The position numbers were made by a program, and so were the translations under genes. From positions 682,001 through 746,000 of the forward strand of contig CATNEN010000003.1 in the NCBI GenBank assembly GCA_950097015.1: a stretch of DNA of 64,000 nt, written 5' to 3'. Numbering within the stretch: the first letter of the stretch is position 1; the number at the start of each line of letters is the position of its first letter. This document shows, piece after piece, positions 13,160 to 23,948 of this stretch. Under the pieces are notes generated by a model that was not told where the DNA came from, made no database searches, and saw only the letters and a list, made by a program, of their open reading frames with translations. The stretch comes from Macrostomum hystrix (taxonomy: Eukaryota; Animalia; Platyhelminthes).

Positions 13160-14484
13160 ATGGAGCTGAACATCTGGTTCGAAGGCCAGCCTAGAACAGT
13201 GTGCAATGTGACCCGGGAGACCACCTGTCACGATGTAATCATGGCCATTGCTAGGACAGCCGGCCTGCCAGGTCGCTACACCCTGGTGCTGTCCTGGCCC
13301 AACGGTGAGCGAGCTATGGCTCCCAATGAGTCTATGGCCGCTTCACTTAGCCGAGCACCTCAGCACGCTGAATTAATACTTCAACGAACTGAGCTGACTG
13401 CCTCTGGCCAGCAGCAACAACAACAACAACAGCAGCAGCAGCAGCAGCAGCAACAACAAAATCGGCAGAATCAGATCAGGCCAGCTTCCATCCATACTAA
13501 CGGTAGTGGCAGCAGCAACTGCTCAACATCCAGCGCTGAGCAATTGGACTCAGCCGCTAACGAGTCTGTCAGGCGGCAATTGAAGGAGCAATTGCTCATG
13601 CAGGAGCACGAGATTGAGATGAACCGGCAGAGAATTGAGGAGCTAGATAAGGGTGAGGAGTCGGGCTGGTGGAGTAGGAGATGGGACAGTAGGAATAGCG
13701 GATGGGACAGTAGGAATAGCGGATGGGACAGTAGGAATAGGGGATGGGACAGTAGGAATAGGGGATGGGACAGTAGGAATAGGGGATTTGACATTGGGAT
13801 AGCGGATTGGACAGTTGGAATAGGGGATTGGACGGTTGGGATAGGGGATTGGACAGTTGGGATAGGGGATTGGACAGTTGGGATAGCGGATGGGACAGTT
13901 GGGATAGGGGATTGGACAGTTGTGATAGGGGATGGGACAGTTGGGATAGCGGATTGGACAGTTGAGATAGGGGATTGGACAGTTGGGATAGCGGATGGGA
14001 CAGTTGGGATAGGGGATTGGACAGTTGGGATAGGGGATTGGACAGTTGGGATAGCGGATGGGACAGTTGGGATAGGGGATTGGATAGTGGGAATAGAGGA
14101 AGGGACAGTAGGAATAGCGGATGGGGCAGTAGGAATTGAGCATTGTGCTTTAGCTGTCCAGAAAGGATTTCTAATCTGAGTAGGCAAGCCTCCGCTATTC
14201 CCTCCCTCCCAGAGCTGCGCCTGCTTCAGCTGTCCTGCCAGAGCGCCGGCAGTCTAGAACAGCGGCTGCATCAGCAGGAGGCGGAGCTGCAGCAGCTGGG
14301 CCAGGCGAATCTGGCCGACTGTCTGGCACAGGAGCGCCAGTTGCACGATAGGCTGCAAGCGGAGCGTAGGGTATGGGACAAACGGCTGACGGATGTGAAC
14401 CTGCGCCTTGCCGAATTGAGAGCCAGCGCTAATAGCCTCCAGGTGCGAGCTGGCAGCAACGGACAAGCGCCACTGCTATTGTGA
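13160..14484 (+). CDS. N-terminal Ras-association domain protein (RASSF7/8-like) with polyQ and coiled coil
   Basis: MELNIWFEGQPRTVCNVTRETTCHDVIMAIARTAGLPGRYTLV...ERAMAPNE matches the N-terminal RA domain of RASSF7/8 (MELKVWVDG..R.VCGVT..TTCQEVVIALA). Exons 13160-13652 and 14162-14484 join in frame (271 aa). A possible donor after 14442 leaves the 3' end uncertain. Confidence 0.8.
13680..14135. repeat. G-rich intronic minisatellite, 21-bp unit GGACAGTTGGGATAGGGGATT
   Basis: Tandem units fill the RASSF intron. Confidence 0.92.
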
Positions 14485-15129
14485 ATGTGACGCAATCTAT
14501 TGTATAATAGGTAGGCAGCCAACTATTTCTCTAGACCCCCTGATAAGCAATTGTTTTCTTTGGATGATAGCCGACATGGTTACATGAGGAAATTTCACGA
14601 GCAGAAACTTTTTGGAATTGTTTGTTTGGTTTAAGGGGCAAACTTCAAGGTACCGAAAGATCCCTGAAATATCCCTGATTGGATTACCATTATTAGCCAA
14701 CTGTTTCAGTTCATCTGAAAAACCTGTGCGAGCGTGTTTTGTGGTAACGAATCCCATATTAGGGATAATTGTGATTTGTAACGAAATCCCAAGATCCCAA
14801 AATAAAAAGAGGAGATTTCCCGTGACACGTGTTATCATTCAAACCAAGATCCCAAAGAAATAAAACATTTGAACGCAAACTCTTGTTTTGTTTGATATCA
14901 AAGTCTCATTGATATTGCATAAATTAATCCCAATTGGACGCTCTCTCGTTGCTTCAAAGGTCCCTATCTTTTTGTGCCTAGTTCTGTCACGGCCTTAATT
15001 TCCACTTGCGGTTCTGCTGGACCAATGCGCTTTTAACCTGTAGTTTGCATGCTCAACCCGTCACACATGTGCCTTAATTCACTTTTCGCATGTAAAAAGT
15101 TCCTTTGTAAAATTATCTTATCTATAGCA

Positions 15130-15750
15130 TCCAAGCTTCAGGCCTCTAACCCACCCAAGCCTCAGGCATCCAATCCACCCAAGCCTCTGGCTTCTAACCC
15201 ACCTAAGCCTCAGGCCTCTAACCCACCTAAGCCTTAGGCCTCTAACCCACTGAGGCCTCAGGCATCCAATCCACCCAAGCCTCAGGCCCCAAACCCATAC
15301 AAACCTCAGGCCCTAAACCCATACAAACCTCAGGCCCTAAACACATACAAACCTCAGGCCCTAAACACATACAAGCCTCAGGCCCCAAACCCATACAAAC
15401 CTCAGGCCCTAAACCCATACAAACCTCAGGCCCTAAACACATACAAACCTCAGGCCCTAAACACATACAAACCTCAGGCCCTAAACACATACAAACCTCA
15501 GGCCCTAAACCCATACAAACCTCAGGCCCTAAACACATACAAACCTCAGGCCCTAAACACATACAAACCTCGCGCCCTAAACACATACAAACCTCAGGCC
15601 CTAAACACATACAAACCTCAGGCCCTAAACACATACAAGCCTCAGGCCCCAAACCCATACAAACCTCAGGTCCCAAACCCATACAAGCCTCAGGCCCCAA
15701 ACCCATACAAACCTCAGGCCCTAAACCCGTACAAGCTTCAGGTCCTAAAT
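15130..15750. repeat. Minisatellite, 24-bp unit AAACCTCAGGCCCTAAACACATAC
   Basis: About 25 tandem units with a gradient of variants from left to right. Confidence 0.93.
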
Positions 15751-16666
15751 CTCCTCTGGTTAAAAAATGTTTGCCATAATAAAGTTATGTTATTGAAAAG
15801 TATCAAAAAAAACAAAAAATAAAATAGGAATTCGCATGCTTACCTCTTAATTGAACCTGCTGGCCCCAGTTTGAGTATTATAACTAAATCTTTGTAATTT
15901 ATAAGATTATTCTTTGATATTCAATTTAAAAAGAATTTGTAAGAATCGAATATGTTTTTTCTATCACTTCATATTACTGCAAGTAGCTTTGCGTACACAA
16001 AGTTGATGGCACAACGAATTTATTTTCGTGCCGATCGCTTTGGCTCACTCTGTGCAACACATTTTTCGACGAAAATCTGCTCGATTTTCCGTTAAAATAA
16101 TAGGTGTTTTATTGTAATATTTCTGTTATTTGAGTATTTATATTGCAATTTTTCTCACTCGTGTTTATTTTTGTTTCTACGTTTTATCTGTCTATACGAA
16201 CACACTTTTACTGTTTCTTGATAATAAGCTGTTTTGTTGTGGAGTTCTCATCAGATTCAAATTCCTAATACAAAAAACTATACCAATGCCTAAATAAAGA
16301 GCTCTATTTGTTTATTTGCCTATTTCTGGGTCATTTTTAACCATGTACATTTAGATCGGATGATCATATTTACCGGATTTTTATATAGCCCATAAAATTT
16401 TATTACAATAGCACTTAAGTCTATTAGCACTAATTTTCGTGAGCTCAATTCGTGTGCGCTTCCGTGTCTGACGTTCAGAAACAATTTGGTCCAATTGGGA
16501 ACGTAATTAATTGAATCCAGCGTTTTAATACGGGTTCATATTGTACATCTCATTTATAAACACAATGACACGGCATTTTGAATTGTCTCTGATCCTACTG
16601 CGACATGGCATTTATGAGTTTGATCAATCAAGACAAAGAAATCGGCACAATTCTTCTGGCCCTCTT

Positions 16667-19600
16667 CTAGTTGATGTAATGGCACTCTCCGCTATCTGAC
16701 GTCGGCAGCCGCGGCAAAGGCTGCCGAGGCCGCGGTGGTATCACTGTGCTTATATTCCTTTGCACCGAACTAGTAAACCAAGATTCTGTCGCATTTCTAA
16801 TGACTTGCTCGTTGGTTGAATCGGCCTGAGAATAGGTTCCCTGATCACTGACGGGCTGCTCATAGGGGCCGACGGTGTTTGCAGTGCCAACTAGCGGCAG
16901 TGGGTACATAGGCATGCCGGCCACAGCAGCGGCTGGCACCAATGGCTTGCGAATTCGGACCTACAGACCAGCAGTTTCCAATCGTGTTTTGTTCAATTGA
17001 CGGATAAAAAAATTGCGATGTCTAAAACTCTTGCAACTTACCAGAGCCACTTGCCAGGTTACTATGACTACCAAAATAATGACAAGAATCTCCACCGCTG
17101 CAGCTGCTGTCCCAAATAGAATCAGGTGCGAATGAGTAGTGCCTGGTAAAAGACAAATATTCGCAATGATGTACAGGAGCGACTCTGGACACTTAATCCG
17201 ATGTTTCACATCTTGTCATCTTACACAAATCAGAGACTAAGGCTCCATCTGTCTCAGTCGACACGCCAGACTTCGGGGCCAACTGTTCCGGCTTCGGAGC
17301 GATGACCTCCTGGCTCGACGAAACCCGAGTCTCGGCAATGGTGCGAAACACCAGCTCGTCAAGCGAGATCTGCAGCGCCTGACAGCGCACTGTACATTGC
17401 TTCCGCGTTGCCCGGAACACCGAGCTCCAGATGTTTGATCCGGCTCGATGCATTGGGACGTGTTGCTGTGGAGCATTTTTATGTGGAGCACTGTTAAATA
17501 GTCTATAATTTTCTTCAGATGCCCACTCCTCACTACCACTATCTTGTCAAAGCGTCAATACACAAACACTGACCTTAGTAACAGCATTGTGCAGCCTAGT
17601 GAAGAAAATAGCCTGGCATGTGACATTATCGATAGGCAGCCTTCCATTCTTGCTCTCTGCTATCACCTGTACTGCCAGGTAGGAGTTGCTGCTAATAAAT
17701 TGTGCGGTCACCAGGACAATAGCCTTGTCGGCGTTTTCTAAAGGTTGGAGGCAATGAGTCTCATACAATAATTATCACACGATGCACAACTAATCATGTA
17801 TGCGTCTTCTACTATATGGGACCAAAATGTGATAAAAATAGAGTTCTCACTAAATACAGTTGGTGCATCTCTGGGATCGCTCTCAGAGTCGCGGTAGACA
17901 ACACCTGACTGGTTAACGCTGCACTGAATCTTCCAGTTTCCGCTAGCCATCGCATCTGTTACTGACAACTCGTGTGTGCTTTCAAAGTCGTCTTGCTGGA
18001 ATTTGTTGATAAGCAAAGCTTCTTGCTCAATTCGGAGGCGTTTGTTCAATAGCTAAATTATTTTTGTGCTCACACACTTGTACTCTTCGAAGCGGTTCGG
18101 GTGATTGAGTTTCATCGCCCAACAGAAGTCGGCAGCTATGGCTCACGTTCCAATAGCTGCAATTAGTGGAGATCACGGAGATACGCCTGGCTTCTGCCAC
18201 CTTCCAGTGTCGATTGGTGCCCAAGTCGATAGCTGTTTCACACGGCTCTGTATGTGGGTCCGTTTAAAGCGCAACTTAAATTCACGCTTGTCTGTACAAG
18301 TGACCAACAAAAAGGCAATTACGCTAATTCCGACACGCCGACACATACATGCCATGAATCCGAATGCTAATCTTGAGGGGTGTGCCCCTAACTCCCAAGT
18401 AATCATCGTCAGGCAGTGTAAACTCACTCCGACTTCGGAGTCACTATGCTGGCCCTATAACACGAAATGGGGACTATAGTATGAGCCACAAGGTGTTGAA
18501 TCTCGTTTGCCTCTCACACCAAGCTCACTGAGCTCGATTTCAACGACGATGGCTATGGGGCTTTTCAACCAATTTACGCCCTGAAGGTAAAAACCTCCAA
18601 GGCACAGTGAAAGTGTACACTGACGATGAGAGAACCTGTGTGAACCTGTGTCTATGTACAGTATTGATGTGTATGTGCTCAGGAGTTAGCGGAATTCATC
18701 AAATTCGTAGCCTCAGCAAGCAACTGCAACACTTTGTACGCTCGTACTACCTTTGATATAAAAGATTAACTCTAAAAGAATAGACACAACACACCGCTAA
18801 TCGCTGAGATGGCGCCGCTTCGCGCGGTCACCTGGCTAGTCACCCCGGACACGGCCACGCATTCGCATTGAATCTCTTCTCTTAGCTGGGATGCCGCGGT
18901 CAGGTTGAAGCTGAACTCCGACTGAACCCGGACAACTACGAGATTTTTAGCGTCGGTTGCCTTGGACTTGGTCTGAAAGTTTGTCGTCAGTTTTATGCTA
19001 GATACGCTCGTAGTATATGCTGAATGTAGCAAATTTTCGTTCTATCGTTATCCAAATTCTTCGCACCACTCTATTGAGAGCCAGATAATCCCGAGTAGCT
19101 TTCAAAAAGCAGCGATGTTCGGCCTCAGGAAACGAGTCCGACGATACCTTGATTATAACCGGATGGCCTAATACGTAAACTGTCGAGATTTCTGCCCGTA
19201 CAGTCTTTGTTGGAACTACAAAGGGAGAGGTTGCATGGTTGTCTTTGACTGTTCAAAGATAATTGCTAACGCTATCAACATCCTTCAATACTGACGCACA
19301 TTCCCAAAGCAGCAGTTCTTCGAACAGGATGACGCTTCGCTCGGTCAAACCGCACTGGAGCCTTTCACCATGATCATTTTTGCGGAACTTCAGTTCCAGC
19401 TTGTGTGTTAGACGGTCTTCATGGGACACATTGCCAAGCTGAATTAAAAAGAGAAAAGCGTTCTTGGTTATAACAGCCTTTAAAGTTCTGTACTTTTTCG
19501 TTCATACAATCTTACATATGTGCCATAAATTTTTGCTCCAGAATCTGGTAGTAGCCAGCAGACAATGCGCTGACTGCCGCAATAGTCCATAAAAAGTTCA

Positions 19601-20926
19601 ATCTTCTTGTGCACCTGCTGCTTTACTGTCAAACCGTAGCTGCGGTACAGATACTGCACCGACTTGTTTAACCTCAGCTCCAACAATGGATAACGACCTG
19701 GAATGTGAGAACATGTTTTCGATTCCAATTCAGTGTCATGTTTGTGCGAATTGCGCAAGACAATAGTACATTCGCGATGTAGATTCTACCTATGCATTTT
19801 CGCTCTTGCGAATACTACCTACATACATATAAAATTAACTTCCCACTCTAACCCTTCAATCCCACAATGGAAATCTCCAAGCCCTACCAGTAAACCAATA
19901 GACAAACGAATTTTAAATACCACTCTCTTGATTTCAAAAAAGCAAATTTTAACACGAAATTCTTTAACCGTACCGGTAATATTCAGGGCTTGCCAACTCA
20001 ATGGCTCCTTGCTGCTCAGTCTGATGAATGCTAGTGGAGTCTACAAAGACACACCTCAATAAGAGTTTGAGTTTAACACACAATATTCGCTTGATCTCCA
20101 CTCCTACCAGCGAATCCTCTTCAAATCCCCCGAGCTGCCTCCAACGGTCGCTGCTGCCGAAGGCCTCCCAACTGGCGCGGCACGGATCCTCCAGCTGCAG
20201 CTCTAGCGGGAGGCTCGCGGCTCCGACCGCCGACACGGGCGAGCCGACCGCACCTGCTGCTTGCCACTGGCCATCTGCAACACGAGTGCCATGCTGACAG
20301 ACTAACTCAGACTGTCTCAGACTGACTGTCTCAGACTGACTGTCTCAGACTGACTGTCTCAGACTGACTGTCTCAGACTGACTGTCTCAGACTGAATGTC
20401 TCAGACTGACTGTCTCAGACTGAATGTCTCAGACTGACTGTCTCAGACTGAATGTCTCAGACTGACTGTCTCAGACTGAATGTCTCAGACTGACTGTCTC
20501 AGACTGACTGTCTCAGACTCACTCTGTCTCAGCATCGGTCATGAGAAGAAATGAAGGTCAGCGTCACTCACCCCAGCCTCGCACGCTCACCCGATCCAGC
20601 ACCATCGGCTGCCTCAGCTGCATCACAAGCCACCGAGGCCCGGACCGCACAGCAGCTGGGAATCGGTTTGTCTCCGACCGGCCATTCTGCCACCGCTGGC
20701 AGTCACCGTCCGGCTGCCAGGTGCGCACAACTTGAGTCTTGCTCAGAACCACTGCCGTAGTCGAAATTAGAGAACCAATCAAGCAGTTAATCAAAATTTC
20801 TTGCTCTTTTGGGCAGTGCATGAGCATCTTACCTGTGTGGGCTGCGTTGGTGCAATCGGGAGCTGCGTCAAGTAGCCTGACAGACTGCAACAGCAGCATT
20901 ATGATCGGCTGCCATTGCCAGTACAT
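16667..20926 (-). CDS. Orphan multi-exon type I transmembrane protein with divergent Ig-like extracellular modules
   Basis: Phase-consistent GT-AG exons: 20833-20926 (signal peptide MYWQWQPIIMLLLQSVRLLDA), 20591-20751, 20108-20293, 19974-20040, 19827-19883, 19516-19697, 19300-19438 (LELKFRKNDHGERLQC, Ig-like), 19067-19215, ~18793-18972, unresolved exons within ~17767-18290, 17574-17671, 17225-17465, 17042-17142 (TM: LILFGTAAAAVEILVIILVVIVTW) and 16667-16960 (cytoplasmic tail ending HYIN). The middle junctions could not be fixed. Confidence 0.6.
18490..18725 (+). mobile_element. SINE family A, degenerate copy
   Basis: Shares GCCTCTC.CACCAAG...GAGCTCGATT, AATTTACGCCCT, AACCTCCAAGGCACAGTGAAAGTGTACACTG and GTGCTCAGGAGTTAGCG with copies at 24846, 56751 and 61150. 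Confidence 0.75.
20300..20532. repeat. 14-bp tandem repeat CTCAGACTGACTGT
   Basis: About 16 units in an intron of the Ig-like gene. Confidence 0.93.
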
Positions 20927-21432
20927 CGCTGAGATCTTGATGAGATACCGAAGCAGTGCAGTAAAAGCTAAAACCTAAACCTTAAAATGAAGCAGTTTTT
21001 TATCATTTTTTCATCCAGCTACAAGTGTCATCTCCGCTGGACTGGGCGGATAAAGTTCAATTTATTTGGCAGAGCTTCACGCTTGAAATTTCTGTCGCAG
21101 CGACTTACTGTGTATCCTTATTTGTTTTGATGGCTTGATAAATGTAAACTTTAACCATGCAGTTGGGACAGATAAACAGACAGTGGCAGCCATTGTACAA
21201 GGTCCGACCAGTGCAACATCAACAGTGAATCACAGCTGCCTGCACTATTTTCATTTCTTTCAATGCAAAAAATTTTTTGGGCTAAAGCAAAATTTATTTC
21301 TCAATTACCTAATCCCTTATTCCTTAGACAGTTAAAATGATCGAGAAATAAGTAGGTTATAACTAGTAACACAATTGAAACTTTTTGCTGCACGTCTTTG
21401 CATTACTCTACTTATAGTAGCAATGTTGGAAT

Positions 21433-22340
21433 TGTTGTACCGGTCGTCCTGCTAACAATGCGGGATCCGGCGAAGTCCAATATGAAGTCCAAGATTTCTA
21501 GGTAGGGTAGTAGTTGCGCTGCCACCAGGGCGTCAGGACTTCTGCCTTCGGTGAGGTGAAGGATCCTTGGCCCGAAAAGGAGATAAAGTCACGAAGTCTT
21601 GAGAAGCGCACATCGTGCAGAGTTTCAGTTGCAGTTAAAGGCTGTCAGTGTCCTGCGTAGCTCGGCTCCTCTGGCTCTAAAAGGTTCTTTTCTAATAGCG
21701 ATACTCCGACCTTGTTATAGTCACAGTGCCATCAGTGTCTAAGTTCCCACTTCAGTCTCTGCGTGTGACTGCTCGCAAGCTCAGTTCTGGCTTAGTCCCG
21801 AAACTAACTTAGCCTTCCCCCCACCACCGGGGCTTTCTTTTATAGGCAAGGGCCTCCCATAGGGTCAGTGCAGAGTTAGAAAACACGTGATGGAATCACG
21901 TGGTTTCTAAAAATAGCAACTGACGTCAGTGTCGCCAGAAACGTCACTCCTACGTAGGCTCCTGTCCCATCAAAGCCCCAAGTGCAGTAAACATGTTTAC
22001 GTGCACTTTAATAGACAAAGAGAGAGGCCAGTCACATGAGGAGAATCACGTGCTGACTGAGTGCAGACAAGCACACACAAAGAAAAGGGACAGGGAACAG
22101 CGAAGACAGCGCGGGACAAAGGTGAGGTGATGACTCTCCCTGGGGGGAGAGACAACACACTCAAAGTACAGGCGCGGCTGGGGAAGGGAGGGGCAGAGAG
22201 GGACAGACCAGACAACGCCAGATAGGGCGGGCCGGGCAGCCACTCAATGCCAGAAAAAGGGGACACCTAAGCTACCTTGCAGGTGGGGCTACTGACAGCT
22301 AGTGAGACACCAATAGGCCCCTAAGCAGTGGCTCACTACA
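21433..22340 (-). mobile_element. Solo LTR (908 bp)
   Basis: Ends TGTTG...CTACA (TG..CA with imperfect inverted termini), flanked by a 4-bp duplication GAAT (21429-21432 and 22341-22344). GC-richer than flanks. TATA-like CTATAAAA on the minus strand at 21838-21845; orientation inferred from it. Confidence 0.7.
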
Positions 22341-23399
22341 GAATATGTATTTATCTTTTGCATTTATCACAAATTTCTTTGTTCGATTTTCGGTTTATAT
22401 TGTTTAAAAAAATCTGAAATCAATCAAAGCTCATATTATTCAAATAGATCATTTTCCTAAGGCGATCTAGGGAATTTAAACAGACCATTTTCACCCATCT
22501 GTATAGCAATTGTCACAATTTGTCATTGAATGGTCCCGTAGCATTTCAATGAGACATTTCAAAAGGAAATTATCGATTCAAAAGCACAAAAATCTATGCT
22601 TTTCAGAATCTCAGATCTATTAATTTCGCTTTGAATGAAACAAAAACACCACATATACACACGATCGAACTCATAACCTCACGCCAGCTCTGCTCAATTG
22701 AATCTCGGAAATAATTTAAACCGGAAAAATTATTCAAATAATGTTCCAAACTGCATTTTCTAATTGAAAACTAACCAAAGAATTACTGAATTTGTGAACA
22801 TTTTAATTTTTTATTTTCGTTGATTTACTGCAATTAAAATTAACGGACCCTCACCGCTTATGATCAGTAGTTGAATTGCTTTGAACTTGAAACCGGGTTC
22901 ATTCCTAACAGTAAAACTACGAGGTGCTGCTTTAAAGTACAGATTATAGTCGCAGAATTAAATAGTCGATATAAAATCTATTGACTGAAAAAAAACAAGT
23001 AAAACTCACAGCTATGTGCATGTACAAGTAATAATTGCTACTCTAAAGTTGATTATCACAATTAAAATAGCTAGAGATATTTGTTCAACAGACATACACA
23101 CGGACCTACGTGTGTATGTCTGTTGCGTGACATACGCAAAGGGTTGCGTGAAACTACAAGCGTGTATACAAGTGTTTACGATTGGCTAAAACACAATGAA
23201 ATCTATTTAGTCGCGAAATTTCCTTTACCAGTAAAAATAATCACGGGAAAAAGATCACGGGGGATTTTCAAATGACCTGCTCTACCTACTTCAGTGCTTC
23301 ACAATAGCTTCAAAACCGAATGACCGACTTTCATGAAAGTCACAAATGAATTATGTGCCTACACCTTTTCGACCATATGAATCGAAATTTTCCCCAATT

Positions 23400-23720
23400 T
23401 ACAATGAGCTAACTTTCAAAGCCGTCCGACATTAGCATCGTCGAGATATTCAGCGATTCACGTCGAAGACCCTTGTCCTTGTCCTTGTCGGTGACAGAGA
23501 CAGCTAACAATGCTCTGCGTAAACCTCTACGATGAATCCATATTGAGTTCTATATAAAAATAGCTACACAAATACAATACTAACCACCGGTGTTGGTGCA
23601 GTTTCGCCACCAGACACTCCGACGAGAGAATCGTTGAATATCTCGATGATTTCGATGTTTTATAATTCTGAAAGTTCTTTTAAAAGTTTTAGATCATGTT
23701 CTGGATTTTCATGGTAATTG
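23400..23720. repeat. Dispersed repeat with internal inverted repeat; second copy at ~60345-60470
   Basis: GAG(C/T)TAACTTTCAAAGCCGTC...AGCATCGTCGAG(A/G)TATTCA.CGAT...GTCGAAGACCCT occurs at ~23406 and ~60346. CATCGTCGAGATATTCAGCGATTC (~23437) is inverted against GAATCGTTGAATATCTCGATGAT (~23628). Confidence 0.6.
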
Positions 23721-23948
23721 GTTGTATATTTTAAGATAGACTGAAAAAAACAAATTGGGTTATTTGAAAAATCCGCCGTGCTCCGTTGAACGTGCAATGT
23801 TAAACAAACTTATTTATGCGAGCTGACAACATTCAAACTGGTTACCATAGACTAATCACGACAGATATTATAGAGAACAGATCTAAAAAAACTCGTCCCA
23901 AAAATTAGCCTTCAAAACTTCAACCGTCTAAGGTGACGTATAGCATCC

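Noticed and set aside
15290-15730. Telomeric array (CCCTAA in each unit)
   Set aside because: Only one hexamer per 24-bp unit, not contiguous (TTAGGG)n.
16943-16965. In-frame TAG suggesting readthrough or an alternative genetic code in the Ig-like gene
   Set aside because: The TAG is the acceptor of an 81-nt GTAAGT...CTGTAG intron (16961-17041).
21514-21528. PBS-like TGGTGGCAGCG on the minus strand
   Set aside because: It lies inside the TG..CA/TSD-bounded unit, is not preceded by CA, and no gag/pol follows.
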